Assembly: GCA_951406725.2 (NCBI GenBank)
Contig: OX597814.1
Span: 170,624,001 to 170,688,000 of the forward strand
From: Octopus vulgaris
Lineage: Eukaryota
Length of the DNA: 64,000 nt
Direction of reading: 5' to 3'
Below the pieces are notes generated by a model. It saw only the letters and a program-made list of their open reading frames with translations. It had not been told where the DNA came from and did no database searches. The position numbers and the translations under genes are program-made. Position 1 is the stretch's first letter, and each line of letters starts with the position of its first letter. This document shows positions 1 through 12,545 of the stretch, one piece after another.

Positions 1-114
1 CTTCGACAACTAACAATTAATGCCAGCAGTTTGTTCCATGCTTCAGCAACTCTTAGCGTGAAAAAATGTTTCCGAAAGTCATGGGAGCTGTGCTGTTTTC
101 TGACTTTGTAAACA
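1..114 (-). mobile_element. CR1/Jockey-group LINE 3' ORF fragment, cut by the window edge
   Basis: Near-identical to 45733-45847; minus frame reads KVRKQHSSHDFRKHFFTLRVAEAWNKL, a typical CR1-type RT C-terminus. Confidence 0.75.
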
Positions 115-406
115 CTAAGTCACATATCTTCATTAAGTTGTTAGTAAATAAGGTAAAACACAGGACTTTGAAATGGGTATGCAGGAAAGGAGTTGGTAGT
201 TTTACCCAGTGTAAGTTAAAGACACATATGTGATGTAGAGGAATCACAAGCAAGCTAATAGTATTTTTGGTGTCCTGTACCCATATATGCATGTGTATAT
301 ACATATATATGTAGGTATGTACATGTATGTATATATGCATATATTTATATATTATTTATATTATTATATGATCGAACGCCACACATCCTTTTTCAAGTAA
401 GTTTTA

Positions 407-479
<73 letters not shown>

Positions 480-1189
480 TTTATCTTTTATCTGTTTTAG
501 TCACAAGGCATTTATTGTCCCTGAGTTATGGCAGAAGACACTAGCTTATGGTGCTGCATTGTGAAATTGAACCCATAAGCACTTGGTTGCAAAACAAACT
601 TCTTAACCACAAACAATGTTCTGAAACTAACTGGAAAAAACCCAAACTTTCTTTTTTTTTCCCCTTTAAAAGAAGACTACATACATTCAGTGCAATGGGC
701 TGATATGAAGAAATCAAAATCTGAACCACAGAGAAATCCCCCAGTAGTTGCTGTGGTTATGACAAAAGAAAAAAAGATTTGTTGAAGTGTCACAAATCCA
801 AACTAAATGCAGTAGAAGGAGATTTTGTCAGTTAGATCTGAGATATCTTCTGCAGGAAAACATGAAAGAAATACCATAAAGAACTTTCCAGATATACTGT
901 AAATAATAGGTATGTTTAGATATTTTCTTCCTTTGGATAACTTTCCTTCTCCTTCAGCTTCTTCTGAGAAGTTCTTGCTGAGATCAAAAAAAATGTTTCG
1001 GCTTTTTTTTTTGTTTTTTTTTTTTTTGTTTTTTGGGGGTGGTGATGGGGCATATGCGGTTATGTGCAATAGTTTTATAGTTTATTTATGCAACGTTTCG
1101 ATGTAGTTTCCACTATTGTTTCTACTATTTTCTACTATTATCGCACATTGTATGTTAACCATATTTCATGTTGCTGTAGAGCCACCTGC

Positions 1190-1302
1190 AGCATATATAT
1201 ATAAATAAAATAGACATGCACGCATGCACACACACACACACGTATGTATGTATGTATGTATGTATGTATGTATATATGTATGTAAATGTATATATATATA
1301 TA

Positions 1303-1349
<47 letters not shown>

Positions 1350-1560
1350 ATATATATACATACACATACATACATACATACATACATACATACATACACA
1401 CATATATATATATATGTATATGTATATATATATATATTTATTTATAAGTATCATTTCTTCACCTTTGGATGCAATCTAAAGATGTATATAAAACAGAGAA
1501 ACAGAATTGTGGAGTCACACATGTATGCACACACACACACACACACACAAACATACCTCT

Positions 1561-1654
<94 letters not shown>

Positions 1655-1765
1655 TTGTGTGTGTGTATATATATATAAATATATACATACATATACGTGT
1701 ACACACATTTACATATATATACATGTATATATATACATATATATATGTGCATGTGTGTGTGTGTG

Positions 1766-1830
<65 letters not shown>

Positions 1831-2315
1831 CATGCATCTTTACACACACACACATATATTAATGTATTCTACCTGTGGAGTAGAAGAAGAAATGTGTAAT
1901 CACTGAGGTTTGTTTTATTTCTCCTTTGTGTCTTGGCTTAATAGTTTTGTGCTAAGTGAATGAAACCCCATGTAAGCTAACAGACTGCAAGTTCCAATCG
2001 ATGTAGCAACAAAATCTTTCTTTGAACTCACTGCACTTTCACATATGGAGTCTTAAATGCATGTAGGTGTGTTTATGTGTCTATTACACACATATATCAG
2101 GCTCTAAAATCTTCTGACACACGTTTGTACTGAGCACAAGTACAAAACAGTTTTACACAACAGAATAAAGAAAATATATGTCCCTTTCTTACACACACAC
2201 TCTCTCTCTCTTTCTCTCTCTCTCTCTATATATATATACATATATACATACATACTATATATGTGTGTGTGTGTGTGTACTTTATGTGTATGTATATATA
2301 TATGTGTGTGCTTTA

Positions 2316-2352
<37 letters not shown>

Positions 2353-2632
2353 TATGTGTGTGTGTGTGTGTGTGCTTTATGTGTATGTATGTATATATAT
2401 ATATTATATATGTGAGTGTGTGCTTTATGTATATATATAATATATATATATATATATACACATATGCACACATTTTTCTCTCTCTCTGTTTCTCGCTCTC
2501 CCTTTTTTCTATCTATATATGTGTATGTGTATGTATACATATATATATATATATACATATATATATTCTTTTATTCTTTTACTTGTTTCAGTCATTTGAC
2601 AGTGGCCATGCTAGAACATCATCTTGAAGGGT

Positions 2633-2678
<46 letters not shown>

Positions 2679-2749
2679 TATATTCTTTTATTCTTTTACT
2701 TGTTTCAGTCATTTGACAGTGGCCATGCTAGAACATCATCTTGAAGGGT

Positions 2750-2813
<64 letters not shown>

Positions 2814-2822
2814 TATACATAC
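1190..2822. repeat. Compound (TA)n/(CA)n/(TATG)n/(CT)n microsatellite field
   Basis: Directly visible; explains the [12 protein letters not shown] ORFs. Similar fields occur near 7.8, 14.8, 19.3, 52, 59.5 and 63.8 kb. Confidence 0.95.
2566..2752. repeat. Exact tandem duplication (117-bp period) of a SINE-A tail fragment within (TA)n
   Basis: TTCTTTTATTCTTTTACTTGTTTCAGTC...GAAGGGTCTT at 2566-2635 and 2683-2752, identical. Confidence 0.85.
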
Positions 2823-2989
2823 TTAATATTTTGGACTAATGGGTGTATGTTGATTAGTGTGCTGAAGTGTTGAGTAGAGAACTGGCACGGTTTGGGCCAC
2901 CTGGTGTCATGGTGTCATCCGCAGTCAGGGTATATTTCCGTTGGATCCACTCCAGGAACTCTGCAGTGTTAGTTGAGATAATGATGATT

Positions 2990-3563
2990 GATTTAGTAAC
3001 CAGAAAATGGATTTGGTATTAATCTTTATTTTGTACAATGGCTGTTTTGACCCATCATGCTACTGTCCCTTATGGGTAGGTCTCTGTTCAACATGTTGTG
3101 TCGCATCCATTTTGCAGTCTGGGTCTCAACAGGTACATCCTTTCATAAAGTTGTGTCTCACTAAAGATCCTGAGTTTTCACTGTCATATTGTTATATGCC
3201 CCTCTGGTTAGGGAATGAAACATTGCCACAATTTTCAGTTATTATTATCTTTCCATAATAAGAACTGCAATCATTTGTAAATATATGCAAAATGTTTGCA
3301 ATTCGTATTATGGAAAGATAATAGTAACTGAAAATTGTGACAATGGTTCCTTCCCTAAAAAGACAAGTGTATAACAACATGGGAGCCTAAACTCAAGATC
3401 TTTAGTGAGACAGAACTTTATGTATGAGACCCAAACTGCAAACTGGATGCAACACAGCATGTTGAATGGAGTCCCACCTATAAGGGACAGTAGTAAGATG
3501 GGTCAAAATGACTGTTGTACAAAATAAAGATTAATACCAAATTCAGCTTCTGGTTATTTAACC
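2990..3563. repeat. ~570-bp imperfect palindrome (fold-back/MITE-like element)
   Basis: 2990-3280 is the reverse complement of ~3282-3563, e.g. TTTGGTATTAATCTTTATTTTGTACAA vs TTGTACAAAATAAAGATTAATACCAAA; almost no loop. Confidence 0.9.
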
Positions 3564-4430
<867 letters not shown>

Positions 4431-5083
4431 TCTTCTCCTTGATAAAAAACAATAGACTACCAAGTCATTTATATTTATTTATGGATAGGAGTAAGATGAG
4501 CAACATGAGTTAAAGCAGATTAATATGGTCCCTTACTGAAAGGAACTAGAGCTTTACCATAGAGTGGGAGATAATTAGTACAGATAAACTGTACGGAATG
4601 GGAGAAATGGATGTGAGTTATGTATAGAAGAACTATACCAAATTTTTACATAAAGTCACAAATTTCTTAATTGGCTGGAATAGGCTCTAAGGTGCTTACA
4701 TAAACATACCAAAGTCTTTAAGAAATTTAACACATTCTAGATAACTCAATATCTCACTCACAGAAAGATGTGAAAGAAAAGATAGAAGCACATGTCCTAA
4801 ACTCCCCAAGTACATGGCCTTTCCTTAACCAACTTAGAATATATTCCTTTTCTTTTTTACTACCCAGCCATGAAAGTATCTGAATAACTAAGAACATAAC
4901 ATAGAACTGAACTATCCTAAAATAAAATACACCACAAGAGCTATACCTGAAAACAAGCTTATTAGGTACCCACCTACTACAGTACACAAAGAAGCCTGTG
5001 GAAACAGTAACACAAACTCTGACCTAATTAGATTGAACCTTGACCTCAGCCAGCAACTGGTGTGAAACCAAGGTCAACCACAC

Positions 5084-5522
5084 TACTCTTTACTCTCTTT
5101 TACTCTTTTACTTGTTTCAGTCATTTGACTGCGGCCATGCTGGAGCACCGCCTTTAATCGAGCAACTCGACCCCGGGACTTATTCTTCGTAAGCCCAGTA
5201 CTTATTCTATCGGTTTCTTTTGCCGAATTGCTAAGTGACGGGGACATAAGCACACCAGCATCAGTTGTCAAGCAATGCTAGGAGGACAAACAGAGACACA
5301 CAAACATACATGCACACATACATATATATATATATACATATATTTATATACTTATATACGACGAGCTTCTTTCAGTTTCACTCTACTAAATCCACTCACA
5401 AGGCTTTGGTCGGCCCAAGGCTATAGTAGAAGATACTTGCCCAAGGTGCCATGCAGTGGGACTGAACCCGGAACCATGTGGTTGGTAAACAAGCTACTTA
5501 CCACACAGCCACTCCTGCGCCT
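5084..5522 (-). mobile_element. SINE-A (tRNA-derived, CORE-like), full length
   Basis: Head GGCGCAGGAGTGGCTGTGTGGTAAG (A box), GGTTCAGTCCC (B box), CCTTGGGCAAGT CORE-like motif, central microsatellite, tail GAAACAAGTAAAAGAG; more than 15 copies in the window. Confidence 0.9.
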
Positions 5523-5882
5523 AGTTTACAAACATATCAGATTTCAGATTCAAAATGATTACCCCTCACTGCCCCTTGAACCCTAACCAGTGAACAACTA
5601 AATGAATTCAGTTTGCTTCAAGCCAAGCTGGTTGAAAGACCCTGAACAAAGCTGCACAGAAAGCTATACTTAATTGCATATGCAAGTGCACATGCTCTAT
5701 GAAGTGTAGGGCACATGTAGGGCACCATAACCATAAAAATATGCTGTATGACATTGTAAAATAAAAGGAAATAAATTTTGAGGTTGTACCAGTTTCCATA
5801 TTCTCTATTGTTGTCATAATTATCGTTAATATACAGTCCAGATAATATTAACATCTTGTGAAGTGAACACAGAATTACCCAT

Positions 5883-6108
5883 CTGAGGAGTTTACAGCAT
5901 GAGTGATAACTCCTAGTAGTCATCGATATTAAATGCTAATCCATGTGGTTAGCTGTAACCTGGAACATAACTGAGAGCTATCATGGTACCTGCCTGGACA
6001 ATAAATCCTCCTAAACTCACATATGTTCCAGGTTACAGCTAACCACATGGATCAGCATTTAATATCTATGACTACTAGGAGTTGTCACTCATGCTGTAAA
6101 CTCCTCAG
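5883..6108. repeat. Inverted repeat, 87-bp arms with a ~52-bp spacer
   Basis: 5883-5969 vs 6022-6108 are reverse complements with about 3 mismatches. Confidence 0.9.
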
Positions 6109-6123
6109 CTGTATGTATGCATG

Positions 6124-6179
<56 letters not shown>

Positions 6180-6191
6180 TGTCTGTGTGTC

Positions 6192-6247
<56 letters not shown>

Positions 6248-6336
6248 AAGTACAAGTGTGTGTGTGTTTCAGGTTCAGTCCTACTGTGTGTCTTTCTAAT
6301 ATAGTGTGTGTGTGTGGTAGATGGAAACTGAAAGAA

Positions 6337-6568
6337 GTGCGGTGAGCTGGCAGAAACATTAGCATGCCGGGTGAAATGCTTAGCGGTATTTCGTCTGCCG
6401 CTACATTCTGAGTTCAAATTCCGCCGAGGTCAACTTTGCCTTTCATCCTTTCGGTGTCAATTAAATAAGTACCAGTTATGCACTGGGGTCGATATAATTG
6501 ACTTACTCCATTTGTCTGTCCTTGTTTGTCCTCTCTGTGTGCAGCTCCTTGTGGGCAGTAAAGAAATA
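6337..6568 (+). mobile_element. SINE-B (tRNA-derived), identical to 6900-7131
   Basis: GCGGTGAGCTGGCAGAAAC head, GAGTTCAAATTCC B box, GCCTTTCATCCTTTCGG central domain; flanked by GGAAACTGAAAGAA. Confidence 0.85.
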
Positions 6569-6596
6569 GGAAACTGAAAGAAATGCATTGGCTGTG

Positions 6597-6627
<31 letters not shown>

Positions 6628-6638
6628 CATCATCATCA

Positions 6639-6675
<37 letters not shown>

Positions 6676-6687
6676 TGTCTGTGTGTC

Positions 6688-6740
<53 letters not shown>

Positions 6741-6899
6741 TTATAAAGTACAAGGCTCTGTGATAAGCAGTCTGCTTCCCAACAACCTAGTTTCAGGTTC
6801 AGTCCTACTGCATAGCACCTTGGGCAAGTCTTTCTAATATAGCACCTTCAGGTTGACCAAAACCTTGTGAGTGGATTTGGTAGATGGAAACTGAAAGAA

Positions 6900-7131
6900 G
6901 TGCGGTGAGCTGGCAGAAACATTAGCATGCCGGGTGAAATGCTTAGCGGTATTTCGTCTGCCGCTACATTCTGAGTTCAAATTCCGCCGAGGTCAACTTT
7001 GCCTTTCATCCTTTCGGTGTCAATTAAATAAGTACCAGTTATGCACTGGGGTCGATATAATTGACTTACTCCATTTGTCTGTCCTTGTTTGTCCTCTCTG
7101 TGTGCAGCTCCTTGTGGGCAGTAAAGAAATA
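6900..7131 (+). mobile_element. SINE-B nested in SINE-A with a 14-bp TSD
   Basis: TSD GGAAACTGAAAGAA at 6886-6899 and 7132-7145. Confidence 0.9.
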
Positions 7132-7159
7132 GGAAACTGAAAGAAATGCATTGGCTGTG

Positions 7160-7190
<31 letters not shown>

Positions 7191-7470
7191 CATCATCATC
7201 ATCGTCGTTGTTTAACGTCCGTTTTCCATGCTAGCATGGGTTGAACGGTTTGATCGGGGTCTGGGAAACCAGGAGGTTGCACCAGGCTCCAGTCTCATCT
7301 GGCAGTGTTTCTACAGTTGGATGCCCTTCCTAACACCAACCACTTCGTAAGTGTAATGGGTGCTTTTTATGTGCCACCGGTACAGGTGCCAGGGGAGGCT
7401 GGCAACAGCCACAATCAGTAGGTGGTTTTTATGTGCCACCAGCAGCACGGAAGCTAGTCAAGGCGGTGCA
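7191..7470 (-). mobile_element. RTE LINE 3' UTR/tail fragment
   Basis: Reverse complement of TAGGAAGGGCATCC...GGACGTTAAAC(GAT)n, the tail of the RTE copy at 56288-57496. Confidence 0.8.
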
Positions 7471-7783
7471 TGCACACACACATATATGTATGTATGTGTT
7501 TATGTATGAGTATATATCAATATATGTGTGTCCTTGTCTTTGTTTTGTCCTGATCCTGACTACCACCACTTCACAACCAGTGTTGATTTATTTACATCCC
7601 TGTAACTTACCGTTTCGTCAAATGAAACCAATAGAATAAGTACCAGACTTAACAGGCTTAAGTAATAAATCCTGGGGTCAATTTGTTTGACTAAACCCTT
7701 CAAGACAGAGCCTCAGCATGGCCACAGTTCAATGGCTGAAACAAATAAAAGAATAAAAGAATATGTATGTATGTGTGTGTATA

Positions 7784-7817
<34 letters not shown>

Positions 7818-7845
7818 ACATGTTCTATAAATGCTCATAACACAC

Positions 7846-7894
<49 letters not shown>

Positions 7895-7969
7895 ATGTGT
7901 GTGTGTCCGTGTTTGTGTGTATGTATATGTGTGTATATATATGTATATATATACATACACACAAAATAC

Positions 7970-8004
<35 letters not shown>

Positions 8005-9606
8005 CATTCACACAGAGGGAGTGACAGGAGGAGAAAAAGAGAGAAAGAGAGACAGACAGACAGAGAGACAGAAAAATAAAAATTCGTCTATTTTGAGAAT
8101 CAGTTTGATTTTGAGATATTAAAATTGGGAAATACAAATACATTAACTCATAAGTATTTATTACATACATACATATCTATATCTCTCTCTCAGTATATAT
8201 ATCTCTCTCTATATATATATAGATATAGATGTGCATGTGTGAATATATATGTGTATGTGTGTGCATGTGTGTGTGAATTTGTTTATATGAATATATTCTT
8301 CTTCCTCGACACACCCACAACACAAGTCAGTTTCATCTTTAACAATTCCAGTTCTACACTCCAACTCCCCAAAGAATAGCAGAGCAGTCAGTATTATGTT
8401 CTCTGAATTAATAAAACTCTATTAGTGCTAGCCCTCCAGACCCAACTGCCGCTTACCATTATCTGTGATTCGGAGTTATGTGCATGTATATTAAAAGATA
8501 TTGTCACTAAACTCTTGCAATGATTTGTTGAAGCTGGTCGACAATCGTGAAAATAGCCATGATCAATGGTTGCGATCGCAGTCTTGGTCGAGGCTGAGGT
8601 CTCGTTTTCACTAATTGTATATGTATGTGTGTGTGTGTGTATGCGTGTGTATATGTTTGTAAGAGATGGAGAGTGAGGAGGAGAGAAAAGGAGGAAAACA
8701 ATGAGGGTGAGAGAAAAAGAGGAGAAAAAGAAAGAGGGAGGAAGCGAAAAGGAGAGAGAGGGATGGAGAATTTACTGGAGGAATGTGCCAATAATTTAAA
8801 ATAATTTCTTCAAGCGATAGTTTGTAATGGTATTTTCTATAATACTGTGCTGTGAATACGAGAGATGGGGTATGGCATCCAGCCAACTCCTAGCCAGAAA
8901 ATCATCAACTGGAAAATGAGATTTAGATCAAATAGAAAACTGTATTCCAAGACAGTCAATACACTGAATAATTCTCTAGAGTGGGAGGAGACGGTATATT
9001 GCCTACAGTGGATGGGAAAAGCAAGAAGAAGGGGCAGGGGAAAAGTTTCCTTAGTCTCACATACATTTGCTTCCATGTGTATTATATTCACAGATGTGTG
9101 TACGCATATATACACATATATAAAATTTGTGTGATTGTGTCCAATAATTTTACACATGTTCATACATATTGCAGCCTTATGACTATAAATATATGTGATT
9201 AAGTAGAATGTACAGATTTTTGTATAGGTGAAGGGGATGATTGGAAGAATCAGTGGTGCGTCAAACAAAATGTCTCGCTGTATTTATTGCAGCTCTTTAT
9301 AGTTTGATTTCAAATTCTGCCAAGGTCAACTTTACTTTTCATGCTTCTTGGGAGTTAATAAAAATAAAATAAAATATTTATCAAGTATTGATATCACTTT
9401 AATTCAATGATGATTTGTGACAAAAGGCAGTGCCCAAATACCCAGCTAACTCTGGGTATCTGACAACAGGTAAAGTAACATATTGGTTTCGGTACAATGC
9501 TGTTACATCAATACTATTTATCTTTTACACTCTTAATCTCTATATTAGAGACAACGCAACACAAAAGTGAAAAAGAAAATGCAGTAACTGACCTGTCGAC
9601 AATCTA

Positions 9607-9825
9607 CTCTTTTACTTGTTTCAGTCGTTTGACTGTGGCCATGCTGGAGCACCACCTTTAGTCGAGCAAATCAACCCCAGGACTTATTCTTTGTAAGCCT
9701 AGTACTTATTCTATCAGTCTCTTTTGTTGAACTGCTAAGTTACGAGGATGTAAACACCCCAGCATTGGTTGTCAAGCGATGTTGGGGGGACAAACACAGA
9801 CACACAAACATATACACACACACAC

Positions 9826-9881
<56 letters not shown>

Positions 9882-10298
9882 TCATCATCATCATCATCAT
9901 CGTTTAGCGTCCGTTTTCCATGCTAGCATGGGTTGGACGGTTCTACTGGGGTCTGTGAAGCCAGAAGGCTTCATCAGGCCCAGTCAAATCTGGCAGTGTT
10001 TCTACGGCTGGATGCCCTTCCTAACGCTTTTTACGTGTCACCCGCACAGGTGCCAGACAGAGCTGGCAAACGGCCACGAACGGATGGTGCTTTTTATGTG
10101 CCACCGGCACATATATACATATATATACATATATATGATGGGCTTCTTTCAGTTTCCGTCAACCAAATCCACTCACAAGGCTTTGGTCAGACCAAGGCTA
10201 TAGTAGAAGACAGTTGCCCAAGGTGCCACGCAGTGGGACTGAACCCAGAACCATGTGGTTCATAAACAAGCTACTTACCACACAGCCACTTCTACACC
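9607..10298 (-). mobile_element. SINE-A with an RTE tail fragment (9879-10110) in its central microsatellite
   Basis: Tail at 9607, head at 10298; flanked by an 82-bp direct repeat. Confidence 0.85.
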
Positions 10299-10524
10299 TT
10301 ACACTCTTTATCTCTATATAAGACCCAATGCAACACAAAAGTGAAAAAGAAAATGCAGCAACTGACCTGTCAACAATCTATTTATTCTGATTTTAAAATT
10401 TGGTGCAAAGCCAGAAATTTTAGGATTTGAGGTGAGTTAATTACATTGACCCCAGCGCTCAACTGGTACTTATTTTATCGACCCCCCCCCCCAGGAGGGT
10501 GAATTCGAACACAGATGAAAATTG

Positions 10525-10773
10525 TAGTTGTGATACCCGTGCTGGTGGCACGTAAAGAGCACCATCTGAACGTGGCCAATGCCAGCATTACCTGACTGGA
10601 GTCCGTGTTATTGACACATAAAAAGCACCAACTGATTGTGGCTGTTTGCCAGCCTCCTCAGGCCCCTGTGCTGGTTGCACGTAAAAAGCAGCCACTACAC
10701 TCACGGAGTGGTTGGCGTTAGGAAAGGTATCCAGCTGTAGAAACACTAGCAGATCAGACTGGAGCCTGGTGCA
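10525..10773 (+). mobile_element. RTE LINE 3' UTR fragment with three repeat units
   Basis: GTGCTGGTGGCACGTAAAGAGCACC-type units followed by TTAGGAAAGGTATCCAGCTGTAG. Confidence 0.75.
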
Positions 10774-11042
10774 GCTAAGTGACAGGGACATAAACACACC
10801 AGCATCGGTTGTCAAGCGATGTTGGGGGGGACAAACACAGACATACAAACATACACGCACACATATATATATACATATATACAATGGGCTTCTTTCAGTT
10901 TCCGTCTACCAAATCCACTCACAAGGCTTTGGTCGGCCCAAGGCTACAGTAGAAGACACTTGCCCAAGGTGCCACGCAGTGGGACTGAACCCGGAACCAT
11001 GTGGTTGGTAAACAAGCTACTTACCACACAGCCACTCCTGCG

Positions 11043-11045
<3 letters not shown>
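10774..11045 (-). mobile_element. SINE-A, tail missing
   Basis: Matches the head and body of 5084-5522. Confidence 0.85.
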
Positions 11046-11077
<32 letters not shown>

Positions 11078-11189
11078 AGAGAGAGAGAGAGCGATACATA
11101 CACACATATGTATAAATACAAACACACACACACACACAAAAACACACATATATATGCACGAACACACGCACACACACATACACACGCAG

Positions 11190-11280
11190 GCATGTGTGAA
11201 CTTCTAATTTGTTGTCTCTTGAGGTCTCTGAGTGAGAGTTGAACTCAACTTGTACAAATACAAAGCAAAAGTCAAACATA
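11190..11280 (+). mobile_element. Putative Dong-type LINE 3' UTR (family 3), ending in (TAA)n
   Basis: TTGTTGTCTCTTGAGGTCTCTG...GCAAAAGTCAAACATA shared with 31520-31590. Confidence 0.5.
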
Positions 11281-11300
11281 TAATAATAATGATAATGATA

Positions 11301-11550
11301 GGCTTACCATCCCTACAGAAAGCGCAAAAAATCGTATTAACTGGAACGGCTCATGTACTGAGAAGAGCATTATCGCTGTGAAAACAACATCCTCCATGAA
11401 TTTATTTATTTATTAATTTTTAAATACATATTTTACCTGTGAATTTGCGTGTGTAATCTGGGAATGCATACAATGAGCTTCTCTGCCCTAGGTGTATGGA
11501 AAACACTCGGCGAGAAACGGAAGAAAATTTGAAGAAAGAAAGAAAAAACA
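11301..11550 (+). mobile_element. R4/Dong-type LINE 3' end (family 2) in (TAA)n
   Basis: GLPSLQKAQKIVLTGTAHVLRRALSL* is homologous to the C-terminus IQKIALLGTAHILRRTLSIQ* at 38420-38484; different 3' UTR. Confidence 0.8.
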
Positions 11551-11879
11551 TAATAATAATAATTGCCCCAGCATGGCCACAGCTCATGAGCTGAAACTAG
11601 AATCAATCAATAATAATAATGGTTTCAAATTTCAGTGCAAGGTCAGCAATTTTGTTATGTATATTATTGACCCCAAAAGGATGGAAAGCCAAGTCAAGCT
11701 AAACAGAATTTGAACTCAGAACATAAAGACAATAATACTGCATGTACCACTGTATCCCAACATGCCATAACAAGTAAAAAAAAATCTTTTTTTGAAGTTG
11801 GTACTCAGTGGTGCATCTGGCTGTAAAATGTTGTCTCAAAATGTCCTGTCCAGCCGATGTCATTATGGAGGTGATATGC

Positions 11880-12545
11880 AGAATAACAAGAATGATGATG
11901 CCACCTCTACTGCTGATGACAAAAGTGATGACAATGATGATAATGAAGATGATGATGATGATGATAATGATGACGACAATCAAGAGTGGGAGGAGGAGAA
12001 AGATGGTGACAATGACAATGACAGTGATGATGACAACAGTGATGACAATGATGATGACAATAGTTATGATAATGATGATGATGATGACAACAACAACAAT
12101 GATGATGATGATGAGGAGGATGACGACGAGGAGGATGACGAGGAGGATGACAAGGACAATGATGGTTATGGTGATGACAACAACAACATCGATGATGATG
12201 ACAATGGCAATGATAATGATGATAACAGTGATGATGGTGATGAGGAGGAGGAGGGAGTGGGGAGTAAGAGGAAGAGGAGAAGGAAGAAGAAGACAAAGAA
12301 GAAGAAGAGAAGGAAGAAGAAGAGAAGGAAGAAGAAGAGAAGGAAGAAGAAGAGAAGGAAGAAGAAGAGAAGGAAGAAGAGGAGGAAGGAGAGTAAGAGG
12401 ATGAGGAGGATGCTGAGAACAATGACAACACCTATGATGATGATAGGGAGTATAATGATGACAAAAGTGATGACAATGATAATGATAATGATGATGATGA
12501 TGATGATAATGATGATGAGGATGATATTAATAACGATAATAATTA
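11880..12545. repeat. Degenerate (GAT/GAC/AAT)n tract plus 15-bp GAAGAAGAGAAGGAA repeats
   Basis: Directly visible; source of the Asp- and Lys-rich ORFs. Confidence 0.9.

Larger units (their letters stand above)
6752..7760 (+). mobile_element. Old SINE-A interrupted by a SINE-B and an RTE 3' UTR fragment
   Basis: SINE-A head at 6752-6899; body and tail resume at ~7500-7760. Confidence 0.7.

Noticed and set aside
5883-5925. CTGAGGA followed by a stem, considered as a hammerhead
   Set aside because: No GAAA or stem III follows
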